From the NCBI GenBank assembly GCA_951406725.2, contig OX597815.1:190464001-190528000 (forward strand): DNA of 64,000 nucleotides. The letters are read 5' to 3'. Numbering within the stretch: the first letter of the stretch is position 1; the number at the start of each line of letters is the position of its first letter. The translations under genes and the position numbers were made by a program. This DNA is from Octopus vulgaris. Its lineage: Eukaryota. Positions 25,040-38,245 of this stretch are shown here, one piece after another. A model generated the notes under the pieces. The model did not search any database, was not told where the DNA came from, and worked only from the letters and a program-made list of their open reading frames with translations.

Positions 25040-25173
25040 TATATTCCTGCATACACATACATATATTTATGTTATGATTCTGCTTATGCCTAGCAATACT
25101 AATAACCAGTATTTAAAACTCAGTGTTCTTATATTATTTATAGTTTAGAGAAGAGCACCAGATGAGTACAGAC

Positions 25174-25210
<37 letters not shown>

Positions 25211-25298
25211 GAGAGAGGAAAATAGATAGATAGATAGATATGGAGGTAGATAAATAGATAGATAGAGAGGTAGATAAATAGATAGATAGACAGAGAAG

Positions 25299-25364
<66 letters not shown>

Positions 25365-25544
25365 TGTAGATAGATATGTAGATAGATAGATAGATAGATA
25401 AATAGCTAAATAGCTAGCTAGCTAGCTAGCTAGATAGATAGAGAGAGAGAGGTAGATATACATCCATACATTCATCCATAATTATTTATATATATACCAT
25501 ACACGTTATATAATCAGCTGTATGTGAATGTAGATATAAAAGCC

Positions 25545-25683
<139 letters not shown>

Positions 25684-25991
25684 ATATATATTTGTACAGA
25701 ATGCACAATACGCATTAGGATTACACACATGCATGTGTGCATGAGTATGCGCATGCGTTTTATATTATCAACTACACATAGATGTTAATATAGCAGTCTG
25801 CTTATTTGTACATGAATTCACCCGAAATGCACACGTATTCACAGACACACATACACATCGGTCTTTGTACACATGTGTTTATTTCTCTGGTTCAGAATTT
25901 GTCTGAATCTGATTTTTGTGCTTATGTATGTGTATATATATGTATATATATATGTGTGTGTGTGTGTGTGCATATATAAATATATATATAT

Positions 25992-26023
<32 letters not shown>

Positions 26024-26693
26024 ATACATGTGTATGTATGTATATATATATGTATATATATATATATATATATTTATAGATGTATACACATGTATTTGTG
26101 TATGTATATGATACATGTATTTATCCTTGTGCACTTTATATGTTTTTCACATTTATTTATTATTATTATTTTTGTTTTTTGTTTTTTTTTGCTTTATACA
26201 ACTATGCTTTAACGAAAAGCTCTATGGCAAAAAAAAAAATTCCGGTAAAAAAATAAAAGAATAAAAATGAGAATATTTTCCAACGAATCTTTCATTCAGC
26301 CGATACAATGAATGTAATTGACGGGGAATTATACTTTCATCCTAGACGGTAATTTTTGGTAAATATTTTAAATTTATGAAATGACTACTTTTATAGAAAT
26401 TTTTCTTTAATAAATCGAGTTGAAATAACCAAACATAACATCAAACTCTCTTTTATATCTTCAGATTCATCGATTCTATTTTACTTTATTTTTTGTTTGT
26501 TTTGTTATTGCTGTTGTTGTTGTTATTATTATTATTATTATTATTATTTTTTTTTTTTTTGCTTCAGAAAAATCTTTCTGAATATCGACCACTGTTCACC
26601 TTTGAAATATATTTCTAAAATAAAAGGATTCTTCAATCATGAAATCTCTTCAATGGCTAAAAAACAATACACACACACACATATATATACATA

Positions 26694-26727
<34 letters not shown>

Positions 26728-27522
26728 ATCAAATACAGTAAAAAAAAAAGTAAAATAAATGAAAAAAAAACAACTTGAAGTTTTGATTCTAAGTAAATTA
26801 TGAATACACTGTGTTATTTTGTATTAGATCTACATATACTACAAACACGTATAGACAATGATTTATATGCAAATACCAACCCATAAAGACAGTTCTATGT
26901 CCACATATACATCTATGCCAAAACATATTTATTTTAACAAAGATATAAGATTAATTACGAGTGTGTCAACACATATATATACATACATATACATACATAC
27001 ATACATACATACATAAATATATATACATAAATATATATACATATATACATATATATACATATATCATAGAAGCATACACATACACACATAAATATATATA
27101 AGTATAAAGTTTGTTTGAATTTCTGAGATGATAAATTGCTGTTATTATATATTAAAATAGTATTTTCATCTTTGTTCTTTCACTTACAATGTTTCACCCA
27201 TTGTACTCTCTGGCTGGCCTGCTTCCAGTTACTTTTAATTCAGTGACATTCCTGGAATTTTGAACCAAACCCATGTGGATAAATTATCCTTATTTTTATT
27301 CATGCTAAGGATTATCTCTTATCAATTTTATTTTGTCATTTAGAGTTTTAGTTTCATACATAGATATACTTATATTAGCATTGTTTTATATATATAATAC
27401 CTCTGAAGAACTCTTTCCTGAAAAGAAAGTAGTGTCGTTCATTGAGGCTTTTAACTGTACATCTGTTGTAAGTAATTTAGTAAGGAACAATTAGCAAAGT
27501 GTAATTTAGACCTATGAGCATT

Positions 27523-27845
27523 CATTCTTTTATTCTTTTACTTGGTTCAGTCATTTAACTGCGACCATGCTGGAGCACTGCCTTTAGTCGAACAAATCAA
27601 CCTCAGAACTTATTCTTTGTAAGCCTAGTACTTATTCTATCAGTCTCTTTTGCTGAACTGCTAAGTTATGGGGATGTGAACACACCAGTATCAGTTGTCA
27701 AGCGATGGTGAGGGAACAAATACACACACATATGATGGGCTTCTTTCAGTTTCCATCTACTAAATCCACTCACAAAGCTTTGGTCAGTAGAAGGCACTTG
27801 CCCAAGGTGCCACAAGCTACTTACCACACAGCCACTCCCGTGCCT
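27523..27845 (-). mobile_element. SINE-A with internal deletions
   Basis: Family A tail and head. Confidence 0.85.
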
Positions 27846-28311
27846 ATTATTCATGTATATCATCCTGTCACAATTATTCACAATCATCCATGTTGTTGTC
27901 GTATAGTCATAGGTCAAACATGATCAAGCACACTTATGACTGATTCCCAATCAAGGCCATTCTATCTCTTTAAGGTTATTTAGGGGCTACATTAGTTAAT
28001 GTGCTATTTCATTTTTAAGAAATGATGGGGTATGCATACATACATACATGCATACATACATACATACATACATACATACATGATGATTACTTCATGTTGG
28101 GAGTTGATAGCCGTCTTATCAACACACACACACCACATCCCATCACACAGTACAATCACTCTGTTGATGAGCCCTTAGATAACTTTTAAGACCAGCTGCT
28201 GACTGACAAGGGTTCAAAATACAAGTGACAGATATTATTCAAGTTTCTTCTCTATTTTCGCCCTTTGGAATCTGATTCTGAAGGAATGATTTGTGAACTA
28301 GCATATGTCTT

Positions 28312-28765
28312 TTAACCCTTTTGTTACCAGCCTGGCTGAAACTGGCTCTGGTTCTGAGTACAAATGTCTTGTTTTCATAAGTTTTGAATTAAAATCTTCC
28401 ACCAAACCAGGCTCCAATCTTGATCTGGCAGAGTTTCTACAGCTGGATGCCCTTCCTAATGCCAACCACTCCGAGCGTGTAGTGGGTGCTTTTGCGTGCC
28501 ACTGCACGAGGGACAATCGGGCGGTACTGGCAACAGCCATGCTCAAAATGGTGTTTATTTACATGCCACCTGCACAGGAGCCAGTCCAGTGGCACTGGCA
28601 ACAACTTCACTCAAGTATTTTTCACATTCCAATGGCACAAGTGCCAGTAAGGCGATGCTGGTAACAATCACGCTTGAATGGTACTTATTATGTGCCACCG
28701 GCACGGAAGTCAGTTAGCTGCTCTGGCAACAATCATGCTCGGATGGTGCTCTTAGCACTCCACTA
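28312..28765 (-). mobile_element. TTAA MITE end (28312-28409) joined to a family C RTE UTR fragment
   Basis: MITE TIR ttaacccttttgttacc, then acc microhomology into aggctccaatcttgatctggcag. Confidence 0.75.
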
Positions 28766-28767
28766 AT

Positions 28768-29230
28768 AAACACATAAGCAGACAATGGCACCTGTCGCAG
28801 TTCTCTGGCTGGTTAGCTCTTCATCAAACCGTCCAACCCATGCCAGCATGGAAGATTGGCACTAAATGATGATAATATCCTAATATTCCAATCCTTCAGA
28901 TACTTCCCAGGCATTCATAAACACACACATACATACAAAACACATAAGCAGACAATGGCACCTGTCGCAGTTCTCTGGCTGGTTAGCTCTTCATCAAACC
29001 GTCCAACCCATGCCAGCATGGAAGATTGGCACTAAATGATGATAATATCCTAATATTCCAACCCTTCAGATACTTCCCAGGCATTCATAAACACACACAT
29101 AAACACACACATATACAAAACACATAAGCAGACAATGGCACCTGGTGCAGTTCTCTGGCTGGTTAGCTCCTTGTTAAACCGTCCAACCCATGCCAGCATG
29201 GAAGACAGACACTAAATGATGATGATGATA
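28768..29230 (+). repeat. Local triplication (170-180 bp period) of an RTE tail plus flank
   Basis: aaacacataagcagacaatggcacc at 28768, 28938 and 29118. Confidence 0.9.
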
Positions 29231-29624
29231 CCAGACAGGCACATGTACTTGCACACAATATAGAAATAGGGATAGCTTCAAAAAGGCCACAGGTATCCAA
29301 GAAGAGATGGAAAATAATTTAATGTGTTCAGGTATTTGAAGAAGCAAAAGTTGGCAGTCTAATGTTGTATCTACTTAGTCATTTTAACTTTACCGAAGCT
29401 GATATGAAATGAAGCAAAATGATAAATATGGTTTGGCATTAATGGTAAGCAATGATATGGTGCAGAAGAAGCAGTTGAAATATCAAGCGAATTTGCCAAT
29501 TAATATGTGTTGTCAGTTGATAAATATTCCTGTCATATAAAGAATATTTCGAATGATGTCTGTAACAACAGCAATCACGAGGCTCCGGACCCTTCAGGCA
29601 ATAAGGCACGAAGACACATGCACA

Positions 29625-30140
29625 TGTACTTGCATACACATACACACACATGCGTACATGCATACATACATACATACACACATACATACATGCATGCATA
29701 CATACATACAAACAAACACATGGACTCTCACATATATACACACATACACAAAAACACATGCATACTCGCATGTATGTATGCATGCATAGATACATACATG
29801 CATATACATACATACATACACACATACAGACACAAACAAACACATGGACACTCATATGTATACACTCATAGATACATATTTGCATGTATGTATGCATGCA
29901 TACATATATACATACATACATGGATACATATACATTCACACATACATACATACATACATACATACATACATGCATACATGCATGCATGCATGCATACATA
30001 CATACATGCATACATACATGCATACATACATGCATACATACATACATACATACATATACATACACACATGCATGCATACATGCATGCATACATACATGCA
30101 TACATGCATACATGCATGCATACATACATACATACATACA
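29625..30140. repeat. (CATA/CATG)n compound microsatellite
   Basis: Directly visible. Confidence 0.93.
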
Positions 30141-30772
30141 ATCATAAATGACTGTGTTTAAGTTTTTCTCTTCTTAACGATGTGATTTATGGTTCAGTCA
30201 CACTGACATCTTGGGTAAGTTTCTTCTACTGTAATTTCAGACTGACTGGTTCCTTGTTAATAAAATTGGTTGACAGAAGCTGTACAGAAGACTGTTATAC
30301 ATATCTATACATACATATCACCCACATAACATCAACACATCTTATGATTTACCTACAAGTTTGTTATACTGGTCCCCATCTGTGCTGCCAATTTATCACC
30401 CCCTACTTCCTAAACCATTCTAATTCATTCACCTTCCCCAGAACTGATATTTACCATTAGACACACCTCCATCTTTGTTCCATTTATGACATTCATCTCT
30501 ACATCAAGGGCCGGATTAAGACCCATCTGAAATGCTTCAGCTCTCCCCATTTATATGTAATTCAAAGTATAATGATAAAAAACATTAAAATAATTTTTTT
30601 TTCCCCCAAAATGAAACAAAATTAACAGTAAGATAGAAAATAATGTTTATTTTTGTATGCTTCCATTTTATTCATATTTGGAAAGTTTTCTCCTACTTTT
30701 TTTAATTGCAATGTCTTTAATCAGAACCTCACTGTGACACCCTAAACACTTTGAAATTATATTTCCAAGGAG

Positions 30773-30905
30773 TGCTAACCAGCCACATGGTTCCAGGTTC
30801 AATCTCACTGCGTGACACCTTGGGCAAGTGTCTTCTACTATAGTCTCAGGCCAACCAAAGCCTTGTGAGTGGATTTGGTAGATGGAAACTGAAAGAAGCC
30901 CGTCG

Positions 30906-30950
<45 letters not shown>

Positions 30951-31805
30951 TTGTATGTCTGTGTTTATCAGCCTGAGGTTATAGTAGAAGACACTTGCCC
31001 AAGGTTCCACGCAGTGGGACTGAACCTGGAACCATGTGGTTGGTAAGCAAGCTACTTACCATGCAGCCACAACTTGAAACTAATGCACAGTCTAAATAAA
31101 TGTCTGCAATGGAAGTCTATAATAAATATTTCTGAATTGAATAATAGATGAGTAATTGTCTGTTAAAATTAGAAGTCTGCATAAGTTTATCTTACAGCAT
31201 TTTATCTTTTATCATTTACTTATTTCAGTCAACAGACTGTGGCCATGCTGGGGCACCCCTTTAACAGGTTTTAGTTAACCTCAGTACTTAGATCGGTGCC
31301 TTTGGTTGAACCACTAAGTTATGGGGATGTAAACACACCAACACCAGTTTTCAAGGTGTGAGCGAGAGTGGAAGGACAAATACAGACACAAAGACGCACA
31401 CTTATAGACATATCTTTTAGCTCTCACATGTTTCAGTCATTAGAGTGTGGCCATACTGGGGCACTGCCTTGAAGAATTTATAGTCGAATGTACATTTTGT
31501 TTAAAGCCTGGTACTTATTTTATCGATCTCTCTAGCCAAACCACTAAGTTATGGGGGACATAAACACACCAACACAGATTGTCAAGCAGTGGAGGTGGAG
31601 ACAAACACAGACACACATACATAGATAGATATATACATATAGTTATATACAACAGGCTTCTTTCAGTTTCCGTCTGCCAAATCTACTCATAAGGCTTTGG
31701 TCATCCTGTAGTTATAGTAGAAGGCACTTGCCCAAGGTGCCATGCAGTGAGACTGAACCTGGAATTATGTGATTAGAAAGCAAACTTCTTATCACACAGC
31801 TATGC
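30773..31805. mobile_element. Cluster of SINE-A copies and fragments in both orientations
   Basis: Plus 30773-30965; minus 30968-31070, 31200-31400 and 31415-31805. Confidence 0.8.
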
Positions 31806-32167
31806 TGTGAGAGATGTTTTATAAAAAGGAAGTTCAGTGTTCGTATGAAATTATAAAATGGCAAAAACAATAATGAGCATTTGAGGAATTTTATGATTTG
31901 GTAATCATACAATGGTAAATTACATAATTATTTGTGTGTTCATGTACTGTGTTACGAAGAGGTACTGTTCCTGGCTTTGGGTCAAAGAAAATACAGGAGG
32001 AACAGTTAGTTATGATTTTAGTCAACATGTTCCCCTCTCAGATTCACACGTTGATTGCAGGGATCCTTCAGATTTTCTAAGACCTGTAGAAAAACTCGGA
32101 AGTATGAACAACTTCCAGCCAGGCCTTTTATGATACCCTTAAAGCCATGAACTTTTCCACACCCTCT

Positions 32168-32200
<33 letters not shown>

Positions 32201-32202
<2 letters not shown>

Positions 32203-32488
32203 CATCATCATCATCATAGTTTAATATCCATTTATCATGCTGGCATGGGCTGGATGGTTTGACTGAGGCCTGGAAAGCCAGTGGCTGCACCAAGCTCCAA
32301 TCTGATCTGGCAATGTTTCTACAGCTGGATGCCCTTCCTAACACCAACCACTCTTTTTTATATGCCACCAGCACAGGAGCCAGACAGGCGGGCCTAGCAT
32401 CAATCACGTTCAGATAGCGTCTTTTACATGCCACCGGCACAGGAGCCAGTCAGGAGGCACTGGCAATGGCCACATTCAGATGGTGCTT

Positions 32489-32530
<42 letters not shown>

Positions 32531-32785
32531 GAGTGGCTGTGTGGTAAGTAGCTTGCTTGCCAACCACATGGTTCCGGGTTCAGTCCCACTGTATACACAT
32601 ACATATAAATATATATTTATACAACGGGCTTCTTTCTGTTTCCATCTACCAAATCCACTCACAAGGCTTTGGTTGGCCCAAGGCTATAGTAGAAGACACT
32701 TGCCCATGGTGCCACACAGTGGGACTGAACCCAGAACCATGTGGTTGGTATGCAAGGTACTTACAGCACAGCCACTCCTGCACCT
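32201..32785. mobile_element. Family C RTE tail (32201-32490 minus) and inverted SINE-A head fragments (32528-32592 plus, 32620-32785 minus)
   Basis: Matches to in-window family consensus. Confidence 0.8.
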
Positions 32786-33498
32786 ATATATATGTGTGTG
32801 TGTGTGTACATATATATACACATAGATATACTGGTATACTGTTGGTTATGGCAATGACTGCTACTGTTGATCCAGTGAATGTGGCACAACCGGTTTGAGG
32901 AATTAATGTGCAACATGACATAATGTATTTTGTTCAAGGACTCAGCATGCCTCCCGGTATCTAACCGAAAACCTTATGTTCACATGCGAAATACCCTGAC
33001 CACCAAGCTATGTACCTTCCTTCACTCCACACAATATGACCACAACCAAAGCTAACATGTTTGCAAAGCAACCTTTTCAACCTCACAACCATGTCTAGGC
33101 CTATGTTTGCATTTACGTATTTTGATATGTCCATGTTATTATGTCATGATTTCACTCAGTTCCAGACAGCAATATTTGATATATCGTTATTCACGATTTG
33201 AATAATCTTCAGTGTACTTCTGTTGGACTGATGAATGAGTTCTTTATTTGTATTGATGAATTCAATACCATCTGTGTGTGTGTGTGGTGGGAAGGAAAAG
33301 GTTACTAGATAGAGATAAGTGTCAACTGAAAAGGAAATTTGTCTTTTATTTGTATAACTTCACAAAAGCTATAGATAAGAACTGCCTCAATGGATTCAAC
33401 AAGCGAAGATCTAGTTTTAGCCAATCACTGGACAATCACCCAATAAAACTATTAAAAGATTTTACACACACACACACATGCACATATACATATATGTA

Positions 33499-34555
33499 TC
33501 ATCATCATCGTTTAACGTCTGCTTTCCATGCTAGCATGGGTCGGACGGTTCAACTGGGGTCTGGCAAGCCCGAAGGCTGCACCAGGCCAGTCAGATCGGG
33601 CAGTGTTTCTACAGCTGGATGCCTTTCCTAATGCCAACCACTCCGAGAGAATAGTGGGTGATTTTATGTGCCACCGACACAGGTGCCAGACGAGGCTGGC
33701 AGACAGCCACGCTCGAATGGTGTTTTTTATGTGCCACCGACACAGGTGCCAGACGAGGCTGGCAGACGGCCACGCTCGGATGGTGTTTTTTATGTGCCAC
33801 CGACACAGGTGCCAGACGAGGCTGGCGAACAGCCACGATCGGATGGTGTTTGTTACGCGCCCACAGCACGGAGGCCAGTCGATGCGGTACTGGCTATGGC
33901 CATGTTCGGATGGTTTTCTTATGTGCCACCGGCACTGGTACCACAAAGATACAAATTCCATTGATGTTCATCTATTTTGATTTGGTTTGATTTGATTTGA
34001 TTTTCACTTGCCTCAACAGGTCTTCACAAGTGTCACAAGAAGGAAGGTATGCACAGGTGGACTGACTACGTCCCAGGTAGGGGCCACGGGTTATGGCTTC
34101 ACTAGTCTTGCCGGGTCTTCTCACGCACAGCATACTTCCATATGTCTCGGTCTCTAGTCATTTCCATGGTGAGACCTAACGTTCGAAGGTCGTGCTTCAC
34201 CACCTTGTCCCAGGTTTTCCTGGGTCTACCTCTTCCATGGGTTCCCTCAACTGCTAGGGATTGGCACTTTCTCACACACCTATCTTCATCCATTCTCGCC
34301 ACATGACCATACCAGCGCAATCGTCTCTCTTGCACACCACAACTGATGCTTCTTAGGTACAACATTTCTCTCAAGGTACTAACGCTCTGTCGAGTAAGTA
34401 CACTGACATTACACATCCATCGGAGCATACTGGCTTCATTCCTCATGAGCTTACGCATGTCCTCAGCAGTCACGGCCCATGTTTCACTGCCATGTAGCAT
34501 GGCAGTTCATACACATGCATCATACAGTCTGCCTTTTACTCTGAGCGAGAGGCCT
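33499..34555 (-). mobile_element. 5'-truncated RTE-clade LINE: ORF C-terminus (34102-34555) plus ~600-bp 3' UTR with (GAT)n tail
   Basis: MLHGSETW...RRLRWYGHVARM...GRGRPRKTW...DRDIW motifs typical of RTE; in-frame stop upstream of 34500. Confidence 0.93.
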
Positions 34556-34556
34556 T

Positions 34557-35110
34557 ATCATCATCATCATCATCATCGTTTAACGTTCGTTTTCCACGCT
34601 AGCACGGGTTGGACAGTTCGACCAGGATCTGGGAAGCCAGGGGCTGCACCAGGCTCCAGTCTGATCTGGCAGTGTTTCTACAGCTGGATGCCCTTCCTAA
34701 TGCCAACCACTCCACGAGTTTCAGTCATTTGACTGTGGCCATGCTGGAGTACTGCCTTTAGTCAAACAAATCAACCCCAAGACTTATTCTTTGTAAGCCT
34801 AGTACTTATTCTATTGGCATCTTTTGCCGAACCGCTAAGTGACGGGAACGTAAACACACCAGCATCGGTTGTCAAGTGATCTTAGGGGACAAACACAGAC
34901 ACAAACATATACATGCACATACATATATATATATATACATATACATATATACGACGGGCTTCTTTTAGTTTCCATCTTCCAAACTCACTCGCAAGGCTTT
35001 GATCGGCCCAAAGCTATAGTAGAAGACACTTGCCCAAGGTGCCACGCAGTGGGACTGAACTCTGGAACCATGTGGTTGGTAAGCAAGCTACTTACCACAG
35101 AGCCACTCCA
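34557..35110 (-). mobile_element. Family C tail (34557-34717) joined to SINE-A (34718-35110)
   Basis: Matches to in-window family consensus. Confidence 0.85.
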
Positions 35111-35646
35111 TATATATATATAAACTATAGTGTGTGTGTCATTAGATAATACAGCTCCAAACACACCATGGTTAAAGAGAAATGGGACAGTCATTGATGG
35201 GAAGCTTTTGATCATAGGTTTGCTTAATCAAGGATAACTTTAATCTAAAGCTGCAGCACAATGACAAATATATCTATTTGATGATCTGGATTCAATAAAT
35301 GAAAAAAAATTACGATAGAATTAAGCATATGTAATAACTACGAGAGGTCTTTCTGTTTCACTTAATTAAGTTTAATCTCTTGTACTGTCTATTCTCTCTT
35401 AATGGAAGAATGGCTGTCCAAGTGAATACAGTATCAGGAATCCATCTGGGATGCTAGCAGTTTATATTCTGCCACAATTGCTTGTTTGTGCCTTCGGTCA
35501 TCTCTGATTAAAAAGACCATTGATGAAACACTTTTCAACAATACAATCAAACTTGATTTGAAGGAAATTTAGCTACTATTTCTGGGAGCTTGACAACTCT
35601 CAGAGGCTTCCTGTTATTGGCTTGAGGCATTCATGGTTTATATATA

Positions 35647-36018
35647 ACTAGCAGTATCGCCCAGCGTTGCTCAGGTTTGTAAGGGAAATAACTATAAAGC
35701 ATTTTTAGAGAGCCAAAAAATAGCAAAAAAATGGAAAAAAATGATGGTAAATTTTTTTTTTAGTTAAAAAAGGTGGAGTTGCGTCCCCTAGACAGTTTGC
35801 GGTTTGTGTTTCTGATTCTCGACCCCATGTCGAATATATCGATATATTTCAGAACTGGGGGAACTTTTCAAAATTTTCGCTGCGTTAGTTTTGAATTATG
35901 ACATTGGGCTATGTGTGTGTCAAGTTTCATCAGAATCGGTTGAAAGCCGTGGTCAGGGTGAGGGTACAAGCAAACAGACACACAGAAACACGCACAGACA
36001 AACTGCCGTTTATATATA
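35647..36018 (+). mobile_element. Non-autonomous Helentron-like (DINE-1/HINE-type) element
   Basis: Starts actagcag with a cccagcgttgctcagg stem-loop; has caagtttcatcagaatcgg and acagacacacaga near the end, then tttatatat. Confidence 0.7.
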
Positions 36019-36067
36019 ATTATTGGTTTTCATTTATCATCTACTTTTAGAGAATAAAAGCTATTGT

Positions 36068-36595
36068 TCATTATTTACATTTGACGGATATTTGTCCTCA
36101 TCTTGTTTGTTGTTAACACAACGTTTCGGCTGATATATCCTCCAACCTTCATCAGGTGTTTTGGGGGAAATTTCAAACCTGGGTTCTCATTCCTAAGGTA
36201 TTTTTCGATGTCAATCATATTATTATTATTACTTTTTTTTTTCTTCTTTCAAATTTGCTTCCATTTCTTGCCGAGTGTCTTCCCGACTCCTAGGGCAAAG
36301 AAACTCATAGTATACATTGGTAGGCCATTTATTATCATTATTATTATTATTGTTATTACTATTATTATTGAAGTCTAATGTTGGCTCCGTACCAATTAGA
36401 TAATACAGTTCTATATTTAAGAGATGAGGAATTATGTACATTATTTACATTTGACGGATATTTGTCCTCTTCTTGTTTGTTGTTAACACAACATTTTGGC
36501 TGATATACCCTCCAGCCTTCATCAGGTGTCTTGGGGAAATTTCGAACCTGGGTTCTCATTCCTAAGGTATTTTTCGATGTTATTATTATTATTGA
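36068..36595 (-). mobile_element. Two tandem Penelope-like pLTR family 1 copies (36068-36230 and 36406-36595)
   Basis: Same sequence as 845-1040; hammerhead motifs 370 bp apart. Confidence 0.8.
36115..36160 (-). ncRNA. Intact minimal type I hammerhead ribozyme motif, family 1
   Basis: AACAC-CUGAUGA-A-GGUUG-loop-CAGCC-GAAACGUU-GUGUU; palindromic AACGUU stem III, predicted GUU site. Confidence 0.75.
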
Positions 36596-37120
36596 GTGAG
36601 AGAGCAGTTCATGCCATAAAAGTGACACTGGGGTAAAATATATGAAGCCCAATATACCCATCATGACCACCCGTCTGATAAGGGTACACCTGGCACATGC
36701 ATCACAACCATATGTGCGCGACATGGTGATCTCATATCAAGGTAAACAACGCATGACCTTGCAGGTGGGGCCCAGTTAGAATTTTCTTCAAGTCGAGTAG
36801 CCCATCGCGCTCAAAAGGTCCCTGAATAAGGGTTGTTTAAGGATGTTGAAAGTACCACCCATGTTTCCAGAGGTGAATTATTCAAACCCCAAAGAATCCC
36901 TCTCAACACATGGCTATGATGCTCCTACACTACTTCTGCTCGTGATCAGAGATGCACATATCGTCAGCCACTAAGGGACATGGTCAACTGGTTAAGGTCA
37001 AACAACAAAACATGGTCAACTGGTTAAGGTCAAACAAGCAAATCTGTGGTATTGAGCAGAATATTTGCTGTAGCCCATCTTTTGTACCAAGACAAAACAA
37101 TGTACACGATAACACTCCCA
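36596..37120 (-). mobile_element. Unclassified retroelement 3' end lying between (TAA)n tracts
   Basis: GC-richer block bounded by (att)n on both sides; internal duplication acatggtcaactggttaaggtcaaacaa. Confidence 0.4.
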
Positions 37121-37721
37121 ATTATTATCATTATTATTATTATCATAAAAGCTATTGTTATTGTGACTGTTTCTCGTATTTATTTAACAATCTATATTCC
37201 CTTCAATTTTCGCAAAAGTACCTTCCTGGTTTTTCTTCAGTCATTTTCTAGTTTGATATTGGTTATCATTCTGTTGCAGATTCAAAACTGAATCACCGAA
37301 ATAGCTGAGTAAACATCAAAGTTTAGTCATAGTTACTTCATGTGATCAGCTGATTAACTGACCAATCAGCATTGAAATGGCATGTGATTCAACCTTCTAG
37401 AACCTTCTAGAAACGTCTAACAAAGCAGATAAATAGGTGAAGTTTTGGTTCTAAACTTCAGAGCTTGGAGACCATCATGGTGGCAACTACATTTTCATTT
37501 TTGTTCATCATCAGAAGCTTTTTCAGTCTGTCAAAAACAGTTGCTTTAACAACTTCATATTCATATTTCTAATCTCCAGCCAAGCAGACAGAAGATACAG
37601 ATTTGCTATTGTGAATTTAGCCTGATATGTCTCTAGTCATGACAATGTAGCCATAGAGCTATATGAACCAGCTATTTTGTTAAGGCAGCAAGCTGGCAGA
37701 ATCATTTACATGCCAGGCGAA

Positions 37722-38245
37722 ATGCTCTGCTGGATGGTTAGTGTCTGTGTGCATGCATGACAGAGTGTAAATGATTTAAGAAGAAAACTGGGTATAAGAG
37801 GCATCATGTGTGCAAGAGAGATGACTGCACTGGTTGGGTCATGGGATATGTATGGATGAGGACAGTTGTATAAAGAAGTGTCAGGCTCTAATTGTGGAAG
37901 GTTCCTGTAGAAGCAGACCCATGAAGATGTGGGACAAAGTGGTGAGAAAGGATCTTGACAAGGGACTGGGAGGTGTGGTAATTTGCAGTTCTTGATAAGA
38001 TGTAACAAGCTAAGTAAAATCCGTCTTTCACCCATACAGGCTTGTTCTTGTTCTTGTAATAAACACCCAGTACACTCTCGTAAGTAGTTGGCATTAAGAA
38101 AGGTATCTAGCCATAGAAACCATGCCACAACAGACAGCTGCCGTCTGGACAGCTCTCTGCTAGCCAGCTTATTGTCAAACCGTCCAACCCATGCCAGCAT
38201 GGAAGGTGGACATTAAACAATGATGATAATGATGATGATGATGAT
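37722..38245 (+). mobile_element. Degenerate RTE LINE 3' end (pseudo-ORF plus UTR)
   Basis: Translates with stops and frameshifts to MLCWM..QSVNDLRRKLGIRGI..LHWLGH..MDEDSCIKKCQALIVEG..RPMKMWDKVVRKDL, homologous to 34102-34500; (gat)n tail. Confidence 0.85.

Noticed and set aside
31955-32170. Possible mariner-type MITE end
   Set aside because: Only a degenerate terminal motif; no matching second TIR found
35360-35503. Resemblance to Cys-loop receptor motifs (WIPD; EYKLLA..MD)
   Set aside because: The motifs are short, in different frames and bounded by stops
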